Below, one piece after another: positions 23,844-28,662 of a stretch of 28,662 nucleotides of DNA. The position numbers and the translations under genes are program-made. Numbering within the stretch: position 1 is the stretch's first letter; each line of letters opens with the position of its first letter. The notes below the pieces were generated by a model, which saw only the letters and a program-made list of their open reading frames with translations, was not told where the DNA came from and made no database searches. The stretch covers positions 1 to 28,662 of IMG/VR virus record IMGVR_UViG_3300044949_001262, one strand, 5' to 3'. The DNA is from a virus. Taxonomy: Duplodnaviria; Caudoviricetes.

Positions 23844-24062
23844 CTAGGAGCGGGCCACCGAGGCAATGTCGGCGTTGTCGTCGGCTGGAGGGTCGGTTGT
23901 GTAGGTCAGCGTGATCGTGGCCACGGTCTGTCCGCCGCTGCCGCCCTCTTTGTAGGTGATGACGTGCGGGTTGTTCGTGCCGCTGTAATAAGTCATCGAA
24001 ATATAGTCGTGCTGCGGAATGTTGAGACCAGCGACGTTCCTGACGTTAATGTTCGGGTGCAT
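23844..24062 (-). CDS. Small virion-associated protein
   Basis: 72 aa with IPQHDYISMTY...YKEGGSGGQTVATITLTY, between the portal and fibre genes. Confidence 0.72.
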   Translation of the reverse strand: MHPNINVRNVAGLNIPQHDYISMTYYSGTNNPHVITYKEGGSGGQTVATITLTYTTDPPADDNADIASVARS

Positions 24063-24066
24063 ACGA

Positions 24067-26163
24067 TTAGGCGGCGGGTTGGGCGGTCATGCCGAGTTGC
24101 TGGTCTTGCTGGAGCTTTTGCAGCGCGGGTTGGGCGCCGGTGCGGCCGATGACGGCGTTTTGCTGCTGTTGCAACTGGAATTGGAACGCCTGCGCGCGGG
24201 CGTCGATCATGCTGCGGAAGATTTCGTCTTGGGCGTAGCGCTGCTGGACAGCGGGATTCGACTGGATGATTTGCTGCAAGGTTTGCAGCCTTACCTGCGC
24301 GTTTTGTCCGCCCTCTTTGAGCGGGGGTTCGGTGCCTGCGGCGATTTTGGCGAAGGCGGTTTGTTCGTCTTCCTGCTCGGCTGCGGTAGCGGCGCCGATG
24401 TCTTGGACCAAGATGTCGGCGAGGTTTTGGTCGAGGGCCGCCATCATGTAGCGGATCAAATTTGCTCGGTCCAAAACTCCGAAAGAATCCAGGGGCACTA
24501 AGGTGTTTGCGACGAACGTAAGTTTGGCCTCGAGGGCGGCTGCGTCGAGCGTGCGGGCATCGAAATCCGCTACCACGTCAAACTGCCCGCGGATGTCGGC
24601 GGCGCCTTCGGTCATGGCGACCGGGTTGCCGGTGATGCGGGCGACCTCTTCCGGCGTCATGTATTGCTGGGCGAGCTGCATGATCTGGGCGACGACCAGC
24701 TTCATGTCGAGGAGCCACGAATCGACCAACTCCTGCATGTGGAGCATGGAGATGTTGGGGTTGACCGTGTCGGTCATGCGGCCGAAGTAGCGGTCCACAT
24801 CGGCGCGGGTCGCCATCTCGACCTCAATGCTGCCCTGGCCGAATGGCGGCGGGGCCATCCAAGAGATTTCTCCGGGGCGGCGCTCAGGGATCTGCACGCC
24901 GGGGCCGAGGACAAGGTCAAATTTTCCGCGCGCGGCCGGGGTTTTAAGCGGAGGAATGATGCTGAGACTGGTGGCATCAACCCGCGCATCGCGCTGGATC
25001 TTGCACTCTTCCTGCGCGGTCTGGGTGATTTCGGGGATGCCGCGCGCCTCCAGCAGCGGGCGCGTGTTGCGCTCGCGGGGCAATTCAACGAAGGGATACA
25101 AGCCGTGGTCATACGGCATCAGCTCATGGATGGCCGGCTTGTCGGTGATGTTGTAGCTGAGGACGGTGCGAGTGACCTTGGTGGCGTTGGTGCGCGGGTC
25201 GTGTTCCTTGCGATAGACGTGCCAGACTTCGATGAGGTCGCGGAGCTGCTCGAAGAGGAAGTTGTCCGAGCGGTGGATGTTCAGGTGGATGCGCTTCAGC
25301 TCACCCTTGTGCTTCACGGCGCGCTCAACCCACTCGCTGTCCCAGCCTTCCAGCGTGGCGCGCTCGCGGAGTTCAAATTCGCTGAGGAGTTCCCGGCGGG
25401 CGACAAAGGGGGCGCGTTGGATGGAGTCCGTTTGGATGGGGAAGATGATGTCCTCCCAGGGTTCCAAGGAACGCACGACCGGCTTGCTGCTGAAAATGTA
25501 GGGCTGCTCCCATTCGACTTCGCCCTTTTCGCGGAACTGGCGGACTTTGGCGGTGCTGCCCAGCTCGGGGATGATTTCGCCCATCAACTGCGCGGCGAGT
25601 TCTTCCTGCTCTGGGTCGAGGATGACCTCAAGGAGGGCTTGCAGGTTGGGGTCTTGGCTTTCCTGCAGCATCATCATGGCCTCTTCCATGGTGAACGTCT
25701 TGATTTCGACGCGGGTCTGCTGCTCCCAATCGACCGCCATGATGGCGAGGCCATAGGTTTCGCGGGTCTCGGCGGCGAGGCGGACTTCGCGCCGGAGGTC
25801 ATCAAGGCAATGGCCCATGAGCCACTTGAGGACGGTGTCGATGGCGTTCTTTTTGGACACGTCCATGGACTCGACGGGCTGCACTTGGATGCGGGCCTTG
25901 AAGAAAGCGTTGACCAGGGCAATGACACGCTCGCGGATCAGCGATTCGGAAAGAAAAACGCGAGTATCTGCAGCGTTCTCGAAAGGAAAGATTTTCTTCC
26001 CGTAGGCGCTCTGGTGCTTGCGGCCGTCATCCGTTTGCCCGGGCCAAATACAATATCTTGTATTGAAGTTTTTGACCTTGCGCTGTTGATACTGACTGCC
26101 GTCAGCGTCGGCCTGGTCGATGTCGCCGATGATCTTGGTGAGGTCTTCTCGTTTAAGGGTCAT
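24067..26163 (-). CDS. Portal protein
   Basis: About 698 aa from MTLKRED (ATGA overlap with the upstream gene). YPFVEL...RGIPEI..AQEECK..RDARVD..SLSIIPP portal-like core and Gln-rich C-terminal tail. Confidence 0.8.
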   Translation of the reverse strand: MTLKREDLTKIIGDIDQADADGSQYQQRKVKNFNTRYCIWPGQTDDGRKHQSAYGKKIFPFENAADTRVFLSESLIRERVIALVNAFFKARIQVQPVESMDVSKKNAIDTVLKWLMGHCLDDLRREVRLAAETRETYGLAIMAVDWEQQTRVEIKTFTMEEAMMMLQESQDPNLQALLEVILDPEQEELAAQLMGEIIPELGSTAKVRQFREKGEVEWEQPYIFSSKPVVRSLEPWEDIIFPIQTDSIQRAPFVARRELLSEFELRERATLEGWDSEWVERAVKHKGELKRIHLNIHRSDNFLFEQLRDLIEVWHVYRKEHDPRTNATKVTRTVLSYNITDKPAIHELMPYDHGLYPFVELPRERNTRPLLEARGIPEITQTAQEECKIQRDARVDATSLSIIPPLKTPAARGKFDLVLGPGVQIPERRPGEISWMAPPPFGQGSIEVEMATRADVDRYFGRMTDTVNPNISMLHMQELVDSWLLDMKLVVAQIMQLAQQYMTPEEVARITGNPVAMTEGAADIRGQFDVVADFDARTLDAAALEAKLTFVANTLVPLDSFGVLDRANLIRYMMAALDQNLADILVQDIGAATAAEQEDEQTAFAKIAAGTEPPLKEGGQNAQVRLQTLQQIIQSNPAVQQRYAQDEIFRSMIDARAQAFQFQLQQQQNAVIGRTGAQPALQKLQQDQQLGMTAQPAA

Positions 26164-26498
26164 GGGACGAGGATGGTGGGATTCCGTGGAGTGTAGTTGA
26201 CCGCGCACTGCGGGTTTTTCTTGAGGAACCAAGAGCGGAACGATTTGTCGCCCCAGCAGTCGCGGCCAAGGTGTTGCTGCCACGCAAAATAAGCATCGGC
26301 CGGCACGTCCATGACATGCTGGCCGAGACCATCGACGGTGCAGTGTTCGATCTGGTCGTTGAGCTGCTTGGCGCGGGTGGACTGAATGCCGGCCATGACT
26401 TGCTGGGCGTGCCAGCCGGTCTTCAGTTCATCCCGGACGAGCTGGGCCAGCTCGCCATCCATGTCGGCGACCAGATCGCCGAAGATTTCTGATGACAT
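26160..26498 (-). CDS. Hypothetical protein
   Basis: 112 aa with GQHVMDVP...W.DKSFRSWFLKKNP; coupled to the portal gene. Confidence 0.75.
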   Translation of the reverse strand: MSSEIFGDLVADMDGELAQLVRDELKTGWHAQQVMAGIQSTRAKQLNDQIEHCTVDGLGQHVMDVPADAYFAWQQHLGRDCWGDKSFRSWFLKKNPQCAVNYTPRNPTILVP

Positions 26499-26507
26499 CC
26501 TAACTGC

Positions 26508-26529
26508 GACGGCTCCCGAAGGAGCCGCC
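26508..26529 (-). other. Stable C(UUCG)G RNA hairpin after the capsid genes
   Basis: Minus strand GGCGGCTCC-TTCG-GGAGCCGTC; no U-tract follows. Confidence 0.75.
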
Positions 26530-26548
26530 GTGTGTTAAGACGCTTGTC

Positions 26549-26995
26549 TTAGAGCTTGTTGAGGTCGTTGACCGCGAGGAAGACGTGGATTTCTCCAGCG
26601 TTCAGCTCGAGCAGGTCGTACGACGCCATCGACGCAACGGTCGCGATGATCGGGGTGCTCGCCGTGTAAGCAACGGGGGTGTTGCTGTTGAAGCGGCGGG
26701 TCGTCACCGGGGTGCCGTTGGTGTTGATCTGCTGGGAAGCGATCAACTGGTCGGTCGTGCCGCTGACGCCAACAACGATCGTGTTGGAGTTGTAAGCGGT
26801 CGTGCCGGTCAACTGGAACGACGTGACCAAGTGGGTCGCGGCGTCCGTGACGATGCTGTCGGCGGGCAGGGTGATCAGGGTGATCGTCTGCGCGGTGTTG
26901 TCGGCGGCGGTCGTGAGATCGGTGTGATCAAGGACGACTTTGTGCGTATAGCCGGTGGCCCCTTTTGTCTCTGCGGGAAGTTCAAACACTTTCAT
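26549..26995 (-). CDS. Capsid decoration/cement protein (putative)
   Basis: 148-aa Thr-rich beta protein immediately after the major capsid gene. Confidence 0.65.
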   Translation of the reverse strand: MKVFELPAETKGATGYTHKVVLDHTDLTTAADNTAQTITLITLPADSIVTDAATHLVTSFQLTGTTAYNSNTIVVGVSGTTDQLIASQQINTNGTPVTTRRFNSNTPVAYTASTPIIATVASMASYDLLELNAGEIHVFLAVNDLNKL

Positions 26996-27033
26996 CTGAT
27001 TAGTTTTTTCTAGTTAGTTGTTAAGAGTTTGAC

Positions 27034-28053
27034 TTAGGCAGTCGCGTTGAACTTCGCCATCGCTTTGGGTGACATAACGGCCAAAGAAATGATGGTATCC
27101 AGAAGCGCTCTCGGGCCTCCACCTTGGTCCTCAAGCTCTTGCAGCCTCGGACGGCGTCCGTAGCGGAGCATGAGGTGGTCCGGCGACATGACGTAGCCGC
27201 GGGCGTATTTCTCGGCGTCGGTCGAAGCGTTGGCAGCCAAAAATAGGCTCGTCACGATTTCGACAGTCGAAAAATCTCCTTCGTAGAACGAGATATTCGA
27301 GACCAAGCGGTCGCTGTTGGCGGCTTGCGCAGTCTGACGGAGGTTGAACACGCTTGAGGTGCTGTTCACCGTGAAGCGCGTGAAGTTGGTGATGGCCTTC
27401 TTGAGGCTCGGGCCAGCAACCAAGATCAAGCGGTCCTGCGAACCAGTCTGCTCGTAGATGCTCTGCAAGACGTTCTGCAGGTTGCTCTCGGTGAGCGCGG
27501 TGGTCGCGGTGTTGGTGATCGACGCGGACGGTGTGCGCTGGGAAGCGGGCACCGGGAGGTCGGTTTGCGCGGTGGCCTTGATCCACTCGCCGAGGCCGCG
27601 GGTTTTGTAAGCGGTCGAGCCGGAACCTTCGACGGAGTCGTTGTCCGAGCTGATAGTCGCTTCAACGTCGCGCTTAAGTTCGACAAGGCTTTTGGCCGTT
27701 GCTTTCGCAAATTCTTTTTTGCGACCGATGGCGGCAACGTCGGCGAGGTTCGCCTGGAAGTCCGACACACGAACGGTGCGGCGCAGTTTCTGGGCGCGGG
27801 CGCTCAGAAGAACACGGTTGGCAGTGGCATCCGAGAACTCGGACACGTCGGCGGAATCGACAACGCCGTCCGTGGTGGGAGCGTTGTAGGAATCGGCCAA
27901 ATAACTGTAAACTGCAGGATTGCTGATATCGGCGCCGGTCTTGGCAATAGAGCTAGAGATCGGGCAATTTTTGGCGTCCACAACCGTCAACACGTCGAGG
28001 AGATCCTCGCGGTTTCCAACGGCCGGGAACAGGGTTCCAGCGGGAGCTGACAT
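27034..28053 (-). CDS. Major capsid protein (DUF5309/SU10-like)
   Basis: 339 aa; GNREDLLDVL, ELKRDVEA, TRGLGEWI and YEGDFSTVEIV motifs. Confidence 0.85.
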   Translation of the reverse strand: MSAPAGTLFPAVGNREDLLDVLTVVDAKNCPISSSIAKTGADISNPAVYSYLADSYNAPTTDGVVDSADVSEFSDATANRVLLSARAQKLRRTVRVSDFQANLADVAAIGRKKEFAKATAKSLVELKRDVEATISSDNDSVEGSGSTAYKTRGLGEWIKATAQTDLPVPASQRTPSASITNTATTALTESNLQNVLQSIYEQTGSQDRLILVAGPSLKKAITNFTRFTVNSTSSVFNLRQTAQAANSDRLVSNISFYEGDFSTVEIVTSLFLAANASTDAEKYARGYVMSPDHLMLRYGRRPRLQELEDQGGGPRALLDTIISLAVMSPKAMAKFNATA

Positions 28054-28078
28054 AATTTTAATTCTTTCTTTTTGAGGT

Positions 28079-28660
28079 TTATCCGAAAAGCGCTTCGCTC
28101 ATGTAGTCGGCTACGTCATCAAGACGCCCGGATGCGAATGCGCGGTCTCGCGTGGCTTTCGTCACGCCTTTGGTCGAAGTTTTCGGCGCGCTGATCGGCT
28201 TGACAGGTGTGGGCGTTTTACTTGCTGCTTTCGCGGACGAGACTTTGCCGGCGGCCTTGCTCTTGGCTTGGTCGGCGGCTTGTTTGGCCATGAGGGTCTG
28301 CTCTCCGTAGAGGGCCAGACCGACCCAGTATTCGGCTTGCGGGAGCTTCAGAAGCTCTGGCGCCTGCTTGACTGTGGCTTGGAACGCCGTGTGCATCGGC
28401 GTGCCTTTTTTGAAGATGTCTGGGAAGAGGTTCTTTGCTGCCTCGACGGCCGGTTGACGCTGCGCAAGCCATTGCTGGCGTGCCGGGGCGTGGATGGTTA
28501 GAACATCGTCGGCTTTGAGGAGGTAGTCTTTGACTTGGTCGCTATCAACGTAGACCTCGCTGCCGTCCGGTCGTTTGACCGTGGCGCCGTCGCTGTTTTT
28601 TAAGGCCCAGCGGCGGACTTCCTGCGCGGACTTGATTTTGGCGTCCAGCGCTTCGGAGGT
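28079..28660 (-). CDS. Partial scaffold-like protein (5' end outside the window)
   Basis: Frame open to the window edge (TSEALDAKIKSAQEVRRWAL...); Lys/Pro/Ala-rich linker and short C-terminal helix directly upstream of the capsid gene. Confidence 0.65.
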   Translation of the reverse strand, partial: TSEALDAKIKSAQEVRRWALKNSDGATVKRPDGSEVYVDSDQVKDYLLKADDVLTIHAPARQQWLAQRQPAVEAAKNLFPDIFKKGTPMHTAFQATVKQAPELLKLPQAEYWVGLALYGEQTLMAKQAADQAKSKAAGKVSSAKAASKTPTPVKPISAPKTSTKGVTKATRDRAFASGRLDDVADYMSEALFG

Positions 28661-28662
28661 GT

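Noticed and set aside
24664-26196. 510-aa + strand ORF
   Set aside because: Antisense shadow of the portal gene.
26164-26283. N-terminal extension of the portal in the ORF track
   Set aside because: Overlaps the upstream gene; the coupled ATG at 26163 is preferred.

Overview
The whole window is part of a GC-rich, probably temperate, podovirus-like phage genome, with no host DNA recognisable. Left end (1-1742, + strand): small early/lysogeny genes, including a partial ribbon-helix-helix protein, a phased operator-like array and a PEGA lipoprotein. Next come a tyrosine integrase (- strand), an attP-like region carrying the 5' half of a tRNA-Thr(TGT) with arm-type repeats, and an HNH endonuclease. 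The rest (3916-28662) is one long - strand late operon: scaffold, major capsid, decoration protein, portal, several fibre modules, adaptor, an embedded lysis cassette, nozzle, ejection proteins and a PAPS-reductase-like enzyme. It ends in a 2180-aa polyvalent protein. The best candidate for a novel system is that protein: a zincin peptidase-containing N-terminal half followed by four effector cassettes (ADP-ribosyltransferase-like, small helical, HhH DNA-glycosylase-like, second ADP-ribosyltransferase-like), each starting at a conserved [Q/R]-x-M-P-D junction that is also conserved in the DNA. All functional calls come from motif recognition by eye; no database searches were run.
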